Translations under genes and position numbers: made by a program | NCBI RefSeq assembly: GCF_017744955.1 | Contig: NZ_JAGIAG010000018.1 | Span: 235,960 to 299,959 of the forward strand | DNA from: Dokdonella sp. | GTDB lineage: Bacteria; Pseudomonadota; Gammaproteobacteria; Xanthomonadales; Rhodanobacteraceae | Direction of reading: 5' to 3' | DNA: 64,000 nt | Part shown: positions 8,601 to 17,382 of the stretch, one piece after another | How positions within the stretch are numbered: the stretch's first letter is position 1 | Layout of the letters: every line of letters starts with the position of its first letter | The notes under the pieces: model-generated | The model's database searches: none | The model's input: the letters and a program-made list of their open reading frames with translations, nothing else | Told to the model about the DNA's origin: nothing

Positions 8601-11600
8601 AGGTCGGCGACGGATTCGTCGTCCGGCGCGATCGGCGCCGGCGGTTCGTACGGGAAGGCGGACGTCGGCTCGACGACGTCGCCGCGGTCGATCGGCTCGA
8701 TCTCCGCAGGCGCGGTCCGCTCCTCGCCGTCGGACGCTTCGCCGACGCCGTACAACGCGAGCACGGTCTCCGGTTCCGGCAACGCGTCGCGCAAGGCGGC
8801 GACGCGCACGGCCAGCGCGTGCGAATCGGGCAGATCGGAACGGCCCGCCTCGAGGCGCTGCATGACCTCGCGCGTCAGCGCGATGGTCTCCTGCAACGCG
8901 GCGATTCCGTCCGCGTCCGGCGCCGCAGCGGCCCCGCGCAAGCGCTTGACGTAGCTTTCCAGCGGGGCCAGCACGGCACCGATCGGCGGAATGTCGACCA
9001 TCGCGATCGCGCCGTTCAGCGTATGCACCGCGCGCAGCAGCGGCTCGCTCGCGCGCACGGGCTCGGGCACGCAGCGCGCGAGGTAGTCCTCGATCGTGCC
9101 CAGGTGCGCGGCGACCTCGCTTTGCAGAATGTCGAACAGCACCGGATCGACGTTCGGCAGCGGGCCCGCGACCAGTTCTTCGACCGGTGCGCCGAACGCG
9201 GCGGAGAGGTGTTCGTCGCCGTGCACGTCCACCGAGAAACTCGGCAGCTCGGACGTCGCCAGCGGCACGCGCCGACGCACGACGCGGCGCACCTTGCGCG
9301 TGGTCGCGCTCGCTTCCGGCAGCGCGACGTCCTCGCCGGCGGAAAGCCGTTCGGCGACCTCGGCGAGCGCGTTCACGCGCGCCGAACCGAAGCGCTCGCC
9401 GCGCAGCGCGCCGAGCAGGGACGGCACCGCGGCGATCGCCTCGTCCACCAGCGCGACGACGTGATGGCTCGGCTTGACCGTGCCGTCGAGCACGCGATTG
9501 AGCAGGTTCTCGATCTTCCAGCTGAACTCGCCAAGCGCGCGCGCGCCGACCAGGCGACCGGAACCTTTCAAGGTGTGGAACGAGCGGCGCACCGACTTCA
9601 GCTCGTCGAGGTTGTCGACGTCGCGCTTCCACAGCGGCAGCTGCTGACGCAGGTTGGCGATTTCCTCGTCGACCTCCTCGACGAAGATCTCGCGGATGCT
9701 CTCGTCGATGTCCTCGCCCGCCGCGGCCTGGAAGCCGGGCAGCGGGTCGTCCTCGACCGGCACTTCCTCTTCGATCTCTTCTTCGATCTCGGTCCAGCCG
9801 GCCTCGACCGCGGCATCGCCTTCGGCGAAGCGCAGGCCGCTCAGATCGTGCTCGGCCGGTTCCAGCGCCGTGCTCTCGCCGATCACCAGATCGTGCAGGT
9901 CGCGACCGGGCGCGAGTTCGACGCTCGGCAGCGGCGAGTCGCCCGCCGCGAGGCTTTCCGCCGGCACGACGGCATCGCCGTAGGCCAGCGTCGCCGCGGC
10001 GCGCAGTTCGGCCGGGACCGCCGGCTCGGGCGGAATGGCGAGCGTGTCCTGCGCGTCCATCGGCGGGCGCGCCGGCGCGTTCTCCAACGGCCAGTAGCCC
10101 AGCGCTTCGAGACTTTCGCGCGCGACGTCGAGAATCTTCTCGCGGTTGCGACGCTGCTCGCGCGTCGCTTCGAGGTAGTACTCGATCGACGCCAGCGCAT
10201 CGGCGAGTTTGTCCATCTGTTCGGCGGTGGGCACGCGCCGGTGCGCGATCAGCTCCACCTCGACGAAACGCACCACCGCGGCCATCAGCTCGGCCGCGTC
10301 GGGCAGTCCGAGCATGCGCAGCGCGCCGGAGATTTCCTCCAGCAGGCGCGGGATCTGGCCGACGCGCGCGTGATCCCACGGCGATTCGATGAAGGCGATG
10401 ATGTCGTGCTTGGCCTGCACGATGTTGACCGCCGCCTCGCGCATCAGCGCGTCGAGGATGCGGCGCACCTCGGCCTTCGGCAGCTCCAGTCCCTCGACCT
10501 CGACCGTGCTGCCGTCGACGGCGTCGCCGAGGCGCTCGATGTGGTCGTCGAGCGAGGCTTCGACGTACAGCAGCGCGCCGGCGACGTCGAGCAGCGCGCC
10601 CTCGTCGACCGCGCGCTGGCGGGCCGCCATTTCCTCGACGATGCCGCGCTGCTCGTCGACGACGCGGCGCGGCACGCCGAGACCGAGCATGCCGAGCGTG
10701 TCGCCGACGCGATGCAGCACCTCGACCTGGCCCTGCAGTTCGCCCGGATCGGCGCCGCGGGTGCGCAGGAAGATGTCGAGCGCTTCCTTCACGCGCAGCA
10801 GATCTTCCTTGATCGCGGCGGAGACCGTGCCGAGCAGATTCTTGTTGCGCCCGGTCATCGACCCTTGCGCGTGCTGCAGCTCGACCTCGGTCGGCAACAG
10901 CGTGTCGAGCCGGTAGGTGCGGCTGATCTCGGCGCCGCGCGGACCGCGCGGCGACGCGCCGTCGGCGCCGGAATGCGCGACGTAGTACAGGAGATTCTTG
11001 GTCAGCTCACGCGGCGGCGCGGCCTCGAAGCCGCCGTCGCCGTCGGTGGCGTAACGGTGGATCTCGCGGTCGACGCGACCGAACAGCAGTTTCACCGCGA
11101 CACTGGCGTCGAGGCCGCCGTCGCGCACCGCCTCGACGGCACCGGCGGCGATCCACCACAGGCGTCGCGCCGGCTCGGCGCTGGAGATCGCGCGCAGGCG
11201 GTCGAGCACGTCGATCAGGCGGTTCAGATGCTCGGCGGAACCTTCGTCGCGGAACCACTTCAGCAGCGCGGCCTGGAAACCCAGGCGCAGACGCAGCGCC
11301 TGCGTGCGGCGCTCGGCCGCCGCCAGCGGCTGCGCGGCGCCGCCGGCGGAGAACGGCAGCGCGGAGGAAAGATCGGGCGAGAACAGCGCCGATTCGCTCA
11401 GCAGGTTCTCGCCGCGGCAGGCGCGCAGGTCGTTCAGCAGCGGCAGCAGGACGATCGGAATGTCCTTGTGGCCGCTCTGCAGGCGCTCCAGGTAGTCCGG
11501 CAGCTGCACCATGCCGCGCATCAGCACGGAATAGGCTTCGTCGCGCTGGCGGACCGTATCGGCGACCAGCGCCTCGGCGAGCCGCTCCATGTTCTCGACC

Positions 11601-11803
11601 ACCATCGCCGCGCCGTACAGCTCGACCATGCGCAGCGTGCCCTGCACCTGGTGCAGGTGCGTCACGCACTCGCGCATCGGCGTCAGATCGGCCGGCGCCT
11701 CGACGTAGCGTTCGAGCGCGTCGCGCGCCTGCGCCAGCGTCGCGTCGAGCGCCGGCTTGATCCAGTTCAACGCGGTGAAGTCGCCGTCGTCGTGCAGTTT
11801 CAT
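5606..11803 (-). CDS. chpA: Hybrid histidine kinase ChpA/PilL (multi-Hpt CheA homologue with C-terminal receiver)
   Basis: 2065 aa. N-terminus LNWIKPALDATLAQAR. Several Hpt-like blocks (SFHTLKGSGRLVGA, ELHTLKGGARMAGL and degenerate ones). HATPase blocks (HMLRNALAHGIE, DDGRGMD, GRGVGMDVV). CheW-like domain. C-terminal receiver (LVMVVDDSITMRK...LMLLDIEMPRMDG...GKP). Confidence 0.93.
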   Translation of the reverse strand: MKLHDDGDFTALNWIKPALDATLAQARDALERYVEAPADLTPMRECVTHLHQVQGTLRMVELYGAAMVVENMERLAEALVADTVRQRDEAYSVLMRGMVQLPDYLERLQSGHKDIPIVLLPLLNDLRACRGENLLSESALFSPDLSSALPFSAGGAAQPLAAAERRTQALRLRLGFQAALLKWFRDEGSAEHLNRLIDVLDRLRAISSAEPARRLWWIAAGAVEAVRDGGLDASVAVKLLFGRVDREIHRYATDGDGGFEAAPPRELTKNLLYYVAHSGADGASPRGPRGAEISRTYRLDTLLPTEVELQHAQGSMTGRNKNLLGTVSAAIKEDLLRVKEALDIFLRTRGADPGELQGQVEVLHRVGDTLGMLGLGVPRRVVDEQRGIVEEMAARQRAVDEGALLDVAGALLYVEASLDDHIERLGDAVDGSTVEVEGLELPKAEVRRILDALMREAAVNIVQAKHDIIAFIESPWDHARVGQIPRLLEEISGALRMLGLPDAAELMAAVVRFVEVELIAHRRVPTAEQMDKLADALASIEYYLEATREQRRNREKILDVARESLEALGYWPLENAPARPPMDAQDTLAIPPEPAVPAELRAAATLAYGDAVVPAESLAAGDSPLPSVELAPGRDLHDLVIGESTALEPAEHDLSGLRFAEGDAAVEAGWTEIEEEIEEEVPVEDDPLPGFQAAAGEDIDESIREIFVEEVDEEIANLRQQLPLWKRDVDNLDELKSVRRSFHTLKGSGRLVGARALGEFSWKIENLLNRVLDGTVKPSHHVVALVDEAIAAVPSLLGALRGERFGSARVNALAEVAERLSAGEDVALPEASATTRKVRRVVRRRVPLATSELPSFSVDVHGDEHLSAAFGAPVEELVAGPLPNVDPVLFDILQSEVAAHLGTIEDYLARCVPEPVRASEPLLRAVHTLNGAIAMVDIPPIGAVLAPLESYVKRLRGAAAAPDADGIAALQETIALTREVMQRLEAGRSDLPDSHALAVRVAALRDALPEPETVLALYGVGEASDGEERTAPAEIEPIDRGDVVEPTSAFPYEPPAPIAPDDESVADLERALRATEAEPLLHAVPIPRELIDSLADFDPGKMHAESTPAVADELSLEAALAELPPLTDLDVSGALDEIDARRADEPGESIRFDEVAADEDFDIERDDADATASDEAVVATEAAPPIEHESGESEDIVLASTPEDEYVEAHAIEDDLAASAEPLTEELVPPAAPSFADEAPAEAAAPAPAAPVRVELSGAPAAAIAEDAQPDGALEISDIDSDLLDIFAQEAADILDEADAMVAQLRESPRERAPIAGLQRELHTLKGGARMAGLAPIGDLSHAMESLVDALSEGRREVDRAAVESLERGFDRMHGLVQRVAHRRAIAMPTHAIAHFETLVAGEGVVAERLSALDRAAAAGPAEEIPAVQRPAPRHLSATVDDDAAHAPQEMIRVRSDLLDSLVNYAGEVSIYRSRLEQQISTFRFNLVEFDQTVTRLRDQLRKLEIETEAQIIARYQREHDQGVGAFDPLELDRFSQLQQLSRALSESVSDLTSIQGLLDEQTRQSETLLLQQSRVNSDLQEGLMRTRMVPFDSLVPNLRRTLRQAAQETNRRVQLKVDGAHGEMDRNLLERMKAPFEHMLRNALAHGIEAPEERVARGKPAEGTVNIALSRESTEVVLRVADDGRGMDREAIRRKAVERGLLNSGASLSDRDLYAFVLESGFSTASQVTQLAGRGVGMDVVHNEIKQLGGSLAIDSTPGQGTAFTIRLPFTLAVTQAILVKLGEASYAIPMSSVQGVARIAREDLERRIAAGDPKHVYAGEEYVIHDLAQLLGLPRQRAGDDTQVPLLMTRSGDQRAAVRIDGVVGSREIVVKSVGPQLSSVPGIFGATIMGDGAVVIILDLAPLVRRLSSLRARLEAGALEEAPAWLDAEIGQAPETRQKPLVMVVDDSITMRKVTTRVLERADLDVVTAKDGLDALEKLQDNVPDLMLLDIEMPRMDGYELATYMRNDPRTQRVPIIMITSRTGEKHRQRALEIGVERYLGKPYQEDELLRHVQEILRRDHV

Positions 11804-11899
11804 GTCGCTTCCCCAGCGGGCGACAACCGCCGCGCGCGTCCGATGCGCGCACCGCGGATGGATTCAAGATGTGCGGAAAACCGCGGCATGCGCATCGAC

Positions 11900-13933
11900 C
11901 TAACCAGGCAGCTTGAAGTCCGCGACCGAACGGCGCAGGTCCGCCGCCAGCTGAGCGAGGTTGCCGATCGATTCGGCGGTCTGACTGGCGCCGACCGAGG
12001 TCTGCGAGGTGATCTCGCGGATCACGTTCATGGTCGAGGAAATGTTGGTCGCGGCCGACGACTGCTGGCGCGCGGAGCCGGAGATGTTCTGAATCAGCTC
12101 GGCGAGGTCGCTCGACACCGTTTCGATCTCGCCCAGCGCGTGGCCGGCGTCCTCGGCCAGGCGCGCGCCGGAGACCACTTCCGCGGTGGTCTGCTCCATC
12201 GAGCTGACCGCCTCGTTGGTGTCGGACTGAATCGTCTGCACCAGCGTCTCGATTCGCTTGGTCGCGCCGGAGGCGCGTTCGGCCAGTCGCTGCACTTCGT
12301 CGGCGACCACCGCGAAGCCGCGCCCCGCCTCGCCGGCGGAGGCGGCCTGGATCGCCGCGTTCAAGGCGAGGATGTTGGTCTGCTCGGCGATGTCGTTGAT
12401 CAGTTCGACGATCGAGCCGATCTCCTGCGAGGACTCGCCCAGGCGCTTGATGCGCTTGGAGGTCTCCTGGATCTGGTCGCGGATCGAGTCCATGCCCTGG
12501 ATCGTCTGGCGCACCACGGCGGCGCCGTTGGTCGCGATCTGCACCGAGCGCTGCGCCACCTCGGCGCTCTCGCCGGAGTTCTGCGACACGGTGTCGATCG
12601 AGTTCGCCATCTCGCTGATCGCGCCCGAGGCGGTGCTGATCTGGCGCGCCTGATGCTCGGCCGCGTCGGCCAGGTGCATCGCGGTGCCTTGCGTTTCCTG
12701 CGCCGCCGCCGACACCTGCACGGCGGTCTCGTTGATCGTCGTCACCAGGCTGCGCAGCGCCTCGACGGCGAAGTTGACCGAGTCCGCGATCGCGCCGGTG
12801 ATGTCCTCGGTGACCGTGGCCTTGACCGTGAGGTCGCCTTCGGCGAGCGATCCCATCTCGTCGAGCAGGCGCAGGATCGCGTCCTGGTTGCGCTGGTTCA
12901 GCTCGACCGTCTGCTGGTAGCGGCGCTGCTGGTCGCGGACCATGTTGTAGCCGAGCACGAGCAGCAGGAGCAGCGCGCCGGCGGCGGCGATCACGCCCCA
13001 GATCGGGTTCGGGAACAGGCGCTTGCGCGGCAGCTCGTCGACGCGCTGGGCGACGTTGCCGGCGTACAGCAGCACGCTCTGGCTGTCGTTGAAGCTGGCG
13101 TCGGCGGCGTCCTTGACTTCCTGCAGGTTGGTCGCCGCGTTGAGGATCGTCTTGATCGAGGTGTCGACCGCGGTCCACTGCTGCGCGACGTCGCCGACGA
13201 TCTGCTTGGCGTTGGCGTTGTCGAGCGGCTTGATGTTGAGCTCGGACGCGCCTTCGAGCAGGCCGGTGACGACGGTCTGGTACAGGCGCGCGTCGCGCTC
13301 GAGGCCCGCAGCGGAACTCTGCGTGTCCGCGCCGCCGGCCAGGATGCGGCCGACGCGGCCGCCCATGCGGTCGGCCAGCTGCATCTGGCGCGAGGTGATG
13401 TAGACCTGCGAGGCGCTCGCGTTGCGGTCGGTCAGGATGTTGACGACCTCGCTCATGCGCGCGTTGAGGCCGGACAGCTTGTCGGTGAAGTCCTTGGCGC
13501 CGGCCACCGCGCCGAGCACGAGGTCCTTGTTGTCGAGGATCTTCTTCGCGTTCGCCTGCAGCTGGGCCCAGGCCTTGTTCAGCAGCTGCAGCTCGGTGCT
13601 CACGCCGGGCTTGTCGATGTAGGCCGGCATGCCGGTCTTGTCGCCGGAATTGAGCGCCTTGACGTAGGTGTCGATGTTCGCGCGCGTGCTTTCCAGTTCC
13701 TGGAGCGCGAGTTCGTTGCCGCTGGCCGCTTCGGCGGCGTACTTGGCGAGCTGCTGCGACGAGACCTGGATCTGCGTCGTGTAGGAAGTCGCCTTGCGGT
13801 CGTCGGAACCGGCCAGATACAGAAACACGAAGTCGACGATCGCGAACACGAACAGGAATCCGAGCAGCACGAACAGCACCGTGTTCGCACCGCCGCTGCG
13901 TTCGCGACCGAGTGCACCCGCCGTAGTACTCAC
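11900..13933 (-). CDS. pilJ: Methyl-accepting chemotaxis protein PilJ
   Basis: MCP signalling hairpin [39 protein letters not shown]-terminal TM helix, periplasmic domain and HAMP. I prefer GTG 13931-13933, which is preceded by AGGGGGTGGGG. The track ORF starts at TTG 13951. Confidence 0.9.
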   Translation of the reverse strand: MSTTAGALGRERSGGANTVLFVLLGFLFVFAIVDFVFLYLAGSDDRKATSYTTQIQVSSQQLAKYAAEAASGNELALQELESTRANIDTYVKALNSGDKTGMPAYIDKPGVSTELQLLNKAWAQLQANAKKILDNKDLVLGAVAGAKDFTDKLSGLNARMSEVVNILTDRNASASQVYITSRQMQLADRMGGRVGRILAGGADTQSSAAGLERDARLYQTVVTGLLEGASELNIKPLDNANAKQIVGDVAQQWTAVDTSIKTILNAATNLQEVKDAADASFNDSQSVLLYAGNVAQRVDELPRKRLFPNPIWGVIAAAGALLLLLVLGYNMVRDQQRRYQQTVELNQRNQDAILRLLDEMGSLAEGDLTVKATVTEDITGAIADSVNFAVEALRSLVTTINETAVQVSAAAQETQGTAMHLADAAEHQARQISTASGAISEMANSIDTVSQNSGESAEVAQRSVQIATNGAAVVRQTIQGMDSIRDQIQETSKRIKRLGESSQEIGSIVELINDIAEQTNILALNAAIQAASAGEAGRGFAVVADEVQRLAERASGATKRIETLVQTIQSDTNEAVSSMEQTTAEVVSGARLAEDAGHALGEIETVSSDLAELIQNISGSARQQSSAATNISSTMNVIREITSQTSVGASQTAESIGNLAQLAADLRRSVADFKLPG

Positions 13934-14087
13934 GCCCCACCCCCTAAGCAAACTTCGAAGAAGTCGTCATTTCCGCGAGCACGGAAATCCAACTCGCCGT
14001 TTCCGATGGATGCCCGCTCGCGCGGGCGCGAAGTCGCCGAACCCATTCGGCATTTACTCGACCTGCGCCGATGTCCCTGCGCGCCGA

Positions 14088-14639
14088 TCACGCCGCCGCC
14101 TGCTGGAATTCCGGCGTGCGCACCAGTTCGCCCATGCTGAACAGGCCCCACAGGATCTCGCCCGACTGCACGTTCTCGCCGACGTAGCGCGCGTAGCGCT
14201 CGTCGATCTCGCCGACCGCCGCCGCGATCTGCTCCTGCGAAAAGCTGCGCTGGCCGAACAGTTCGTCGACCAGCAGGCCGACGCTGCCGCCGGGCTGGCG
14301 CACGATCAGCACGCGCGTGGTCTCGCCGACCGCGCTGCGGTGGCCGGCGACGAATTCGTACAGGTCGACCACCGGCACCAGGTTGCCGCGCACATTGGCG
14401 ATGCCGAGCAGCCAGCCGCGCGCGCCGGGCACGGCGGTCAGCGCCGGCAGGGTCAGGATCTCGTTGACGTCGGCGATGTTGCTGACGAAATGGCGATCAC
14501 GCAGGCGGAAGCCGATGCCGCGCCACAGGCCGGGCGCCTCGATCTGCTCCGGCGCGCCCGCGGCATGCGCGAGGCTGCGCTGCTCGTAGGCGGCGAGCGC
14601 TTCGAACGGGCTCAGCGCGGAAAGGCCGCTGGGGCTCAT
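14088..14639 (-). CDS. pilI: CheW-like protein PilI
   Basis: 183 aa with a CheW domain (GWLLGIANVRGNLVPVVDLYEF...RVLIVRQPGGSVGLLVDELFG). Lies between pilG and pilJ. Confidence 0.88.
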   Translation of the reverse strand: MSPSGLSALSPFEALAAYEQRSLAHAAGAPEQIEAPGLWRGIGFRLRDRHFVSNIADVNEILTLPALTAVPGARGWLLGIANVRGNLVPVVDLYEFVAGHRSAVGETTRVLIVRQPGGSVGLLVDELFGQRSFSQEQIAAAVGEIDERYARYVGENVQSGEILWGLFSMGELVRTPEFQQAAA

Positions 14640-14729
14640 CCGACGCTCCTGCGGGCGCCGGACACCAGCGCTGCTTCGTGATGGTTGACTGCCATATCCA
14701 CCCCCTGTCGATCGATTGGCAAGCTGGCT

Positions 14730-15128
14730 CTACTTGACGTCTACGTGCCGGCGAATCGCACCGAGCAGCTCCTCGCGGGTGAACGGCTTGGTCAGATACT
14801 GCTCGGAACCGACGATGCGGCCGCGCGCCTTGTCGAACAGGCCGTCCTTCGACGACAGCATGATCACCGGCGTCGACTTGAACATCTGGTTGTTCTTGAT
14901 CAACGCGCAGGTCTGATAGCCGTCCAGCCGCGGCATCATGATGTCGACGAAGATGATCTGCGGCTGCTGGTCGGAAATCTTCGCCAGCGCCTCGAAACCG
15001 TCCGTCGCCGTGACGACGTCGCAGCCTTCCTTGCGCAGCAGCGTCTCGGCCGTGCGGCGGATGGTCTTCGAATCGTCGATGACCATCACCTTGATGCCGG
15101 CCAGGCCACCCTCGTTGCTGTCGTCCAC
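14730..15128 (-). CDS. pilG: Single-domain response regulator PilG
   Basis: CheY-like receiver (KVMVIDDSKTIRR...IIFVDIMMPRLDGY...VIMLSSK...YLTKPF). The likely start is GTG 15126-15128, preceded by GGGGGA, giving 132 aa. The track ORF extends to 15188. Confidence 0.9.
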   Translation of the reverse strand: MDDSNEGGLAGIKVMVIDDSKTIRRTAETLLRKEGCDVVTATDGFEALAKISDQQPQIIFVDIMMPRLDGYQTCALIKNNQMFKSTPVIMLSSKDGLFDKARGRIVGSEQYLTKPFTREELLGAIRRHVDVK

Positions 15129-15479
15129 TCTTCCCCCTGCATCAAACCGACGGCCCACGGCCGCCGGCCGATCTGCCGCAACAGGCATGCAAGACTCGTA
15201 CCCGGCATCAGCCGGATGCGGCCTCGAAGCAACCTAAGAACCCGCCTTATCCAACACGTCAGCGAAGCTGTCAAGTTGTTGCGGTAAGCCCGCGAATTGG
15301 CGAAAGATCGAGCCTGCCGCCCGCCCCGCCGATGAACGCCCCGAGTGTAGTATGCGCCGCCCCGCTCCGATGCGACCTGCGTCGCGGCGCGGACGCCGCG
15401 AGCGTTCGCCGGCGCGGCAGGGTTCGCAGCTCCCGATCGCCTTTCGCGCCTATGCTTGCGCGTTTCCGGAACGCCGCCC

Positions 15480-16424
15480 ATGACCCGAACTCTCGCCGTG
15501 CTGATGGATCCGATCGAGCGGATCTCCCCGAAGAAGGACACCACCTTGGCGATGCTGCTCGAGGCGCAGCGCCGCGGCTACACGCTCCTGTACATGACCC
15601 AGGGCGACCTGGCGGTACTCGACGGCAAGGCCTGGGGCCGCATGGCTCCGGTGGTCGTGCGCGACGACCCGCACGACTGGTTCAGCCTCGGCGAGGCGAC
15701 CTGGCGCGAGTTCGCCGGCATCGATTTCGTGTTGGCGCGCAAGGACCCGCCGGTCGACGCGCAGTTCATCTACGACACTCTCGTGCTCGAATTGGCAGAA
15801 CGTGACGGTGTGTGCGTGGTCAACCGGCCGCAGAGCCTGCGCGACTGCAACGAGAAGCTGTTCGCGCTGCACTTCCCGCAATGCTGCGCACCGACCGCGG
15901 TGGCGCGCCGCGCCGCCGACCTCAAGAATTTCGTCGCGCTGCACGGCGAAGTCGTGCTGAAGCCGCTCGACGGCATGGGCGGGCGCAGCATCTTCCGCTC
16001 GCACCACGGCGACCCGAACCTCAACGTGATCCTCGAAACGCTGACCGAGAACGGACGCCATTTCGCGATCGCGCAGAAGTTCATCCCGGAGATCAAGAGC
16101 GGCGACAAGCGCGTGCTGCTGGTCGACGGCGAACCGGTGCCGTACGCGCTGGCGCGCATTCCGCAGGGCGACGAGTTCCGCGGCAACCTCGCCGCCGGCG
16201 GACGCGGCGAAGGCGTGCCGCTGTCCGAGCGCGACCGCTGGATCGCCGCCCAGGTCGGCCCCGAGCTGGTGCGCCGCGGCCTGCGTTTCGTCGGCCTGGA
16301 CGTGATCGGCGACTGGCTGACCGAAGTCAACGTGACCTCGCCGACCTGCGTGCGCGAACTCGACGCGCAGTACGGCCTGAACATCGCCGGCACGCTGTTC
16401 GACCGTCTCGAAGCGACCCGATGA
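15480..16424 (+). CDS. gshB: Glutathione synthetase (ATP-grasp)
   Basis: 314 aa from ATG 15480: LAVLMDPIERISPKKDTTLAMLLEAQRRGY, VLKPLDGMGGRSIF, FVGLDVIGDWLTEVNVTSPT. Divergent from pilG, as in pseudomonads. Confidence 0.93.
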   Translation: MTRTLAVLMDPIERISPKKDTTLAMLLEAQRRGYTLLYMTQGDLAVLDGKAWGRMAPVVVRDDPHDWFSLGEATWREFAGIDFVLARKDPPVDAQFIYDTLVLELAERDGVCVVNRPQSLRDCNEKLFALHFPQCCAPTAVARRAADLKNFVALHGEVVLKPLDGMGGRSIFRSHHGDPNLNVILETLTENGRHFAIAQKFIPEIKSGDKRVLLVDGEPVPYALARIPQGDEFRGNLAAGGRGEGVPLSERDRWIAAQVGPELVRRGLRFVGLDVIGDWLTEVNVTSPTCVRELDAQYGLNIAGTLFDRLEATR

Positions 16425-17296
16425 GCGATCCGGTTCCGGCCGATGCCGCGCCCGCCAGCGCGGACCGCCTCGGCGTCACCCTGCTGTTCTCGGTCGTCGC
16501 GCACGCCGTGCTCGCGCTCGGGCTGACGTTCGAGTTCGAGAAGCCGGCACCGCGCCTGCCCTCGCTCGACGTGATCCTCGTGCAATCGGCCAACAGCGAG
16601 AAACCCGACAAGGCCGACTTCGTCGCGCAGGCCAGCAACAGCGGCGGCGGCGAAGCCGACAAGGCGCACCGTCCCGCGCAGCCGCTGTCGGGGCCGGTGC
16701 CGAAGCTGCAGGCCGGCGTCGCGCCGGTGCCGCTCGAAGACGGCGCGCCGCGGCCGACGCCGCCGAGCCCGGTCGAACGGCTCACGCAGCGCAAATCCGA
16801 CTTCACCGTCGAAACGGACCGGCAGGCTCCTGAAGCCCCCGAGCGCCCCGCCGCGACGGAACAGGAAAGCGAGCAACGCCGCCTCGAGATGGCCCAGCTC
16901 GCGCAGGAGATCCAGAAGGAAGCCGAGCAGTACGCCAAGCGCCCGAAGCGCAAGTACATCTCGGCCAACACGCAGGAATACGAATTCGCCGCCTACATGC
17001 GCGCCTGGGTCGCGCGCATCGAGCGCGTCGGCAACCTGAACTATCCGGACGAGGCGCGCCGCAAGCAGCTGCACGGCCAGCTCGTGCTGACCGTCGGCCT
17101 CGACCGCGCCGGCAAGATCAAGAGCATCGACGTGATCCAATCCAGCGGCCACAAGGTGCTCGACGACGCCGCCGTGCGCATCACGCGCCTGGCCGAGCCG
17201 TTTCCGCCGTTGCCGGAGAGCAAGGAGAAGGTCGACGAGTTGTACATTTCGCGGACTTGGCAGTTCTTGCCTGGGGATATCTTGCGGAATCGGTGA
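16421..17296 (+). CDS. TonB-family energy-transducer-like protein (TonB C-terminal domain)
   Basis: 291 aa. ATG 16421 overlaps the gshB stop (ATGA). N-terminal TM helix, Pro-rich spacer, charged coiled segment, and a TonB_C-like end (YPDEARRKQLHGQLVLTVGLDRAGKIKSIDVIQSSGHKVLDDAAVRI). Sits in the position of tonB3 next to gshB-pilG in P. aeruginosa. Confidence 0.75.
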   Translation: MSDPVPADAAPASADRLGVTLLFSVVAHAVLALGLTFEFEKPAPRLPSLDVILVQSANSEKPDKADFVAQASNSGGGEADKAHRPAQPLSGPVPKLQAGVAPVPLEDGAPRPTPPSPVERLTQRKSDFTVETDRQAPEAPERPAATEQESEQRRLEMAQLAQEIQKEAEQYAKRPKRKYISANTQEYEFAAYMRAWVARIERVGNLNYPDEARRKQLHGQLVLTVGLDRAGKIKSIDVIQSSGHKVLDDAAVRITRLAEPFPPLPESKEKVDELYISRTWQFLPGDILRNR

Positions 17297-17382
17297 CGGG
17301 CTCGGGCTTGCAAGAGCGAGTCGGGCACGAATTTGGAAACGATTGACCGGTGCGTCGCGCAACGGCCGTGCGAGGGGGAAGG

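Noticed and set aside
7563-10379. 938-aa minus-strand ORF in an alternative frame of chpA (also 11007-13940, 977 aa, in an alternative frame of pilJ)
   Set aside because: Extremely Arg/Gly/Ala/Pro-rich translations (RRRRAG-type) that overlap bona fide frames. No motifs are present.
5570-14140. Giant 2856-aa plus-strand ORF spanning chpA, pilJ and part of pilI
   Set aside because: It is antisense to three genes with unmistakable chemotaxis-domain signatures. Its translation is a monotonous Arg/Ala/Gly/Asp/Val/His-rich string with no domain or periodicity, which is typical of stop-poor antisense frames in DNA of about 70% GC.
15770-17362. 530-aa minus-strand ORF opposite gshB and the tonB-like gene, and the 671-aa ORF 24143-26158 opposite the lipoprotein gene
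   Set aside because: Both are antisense to genes with strong motif or signal-peptide support, and their composition is low-complexity.
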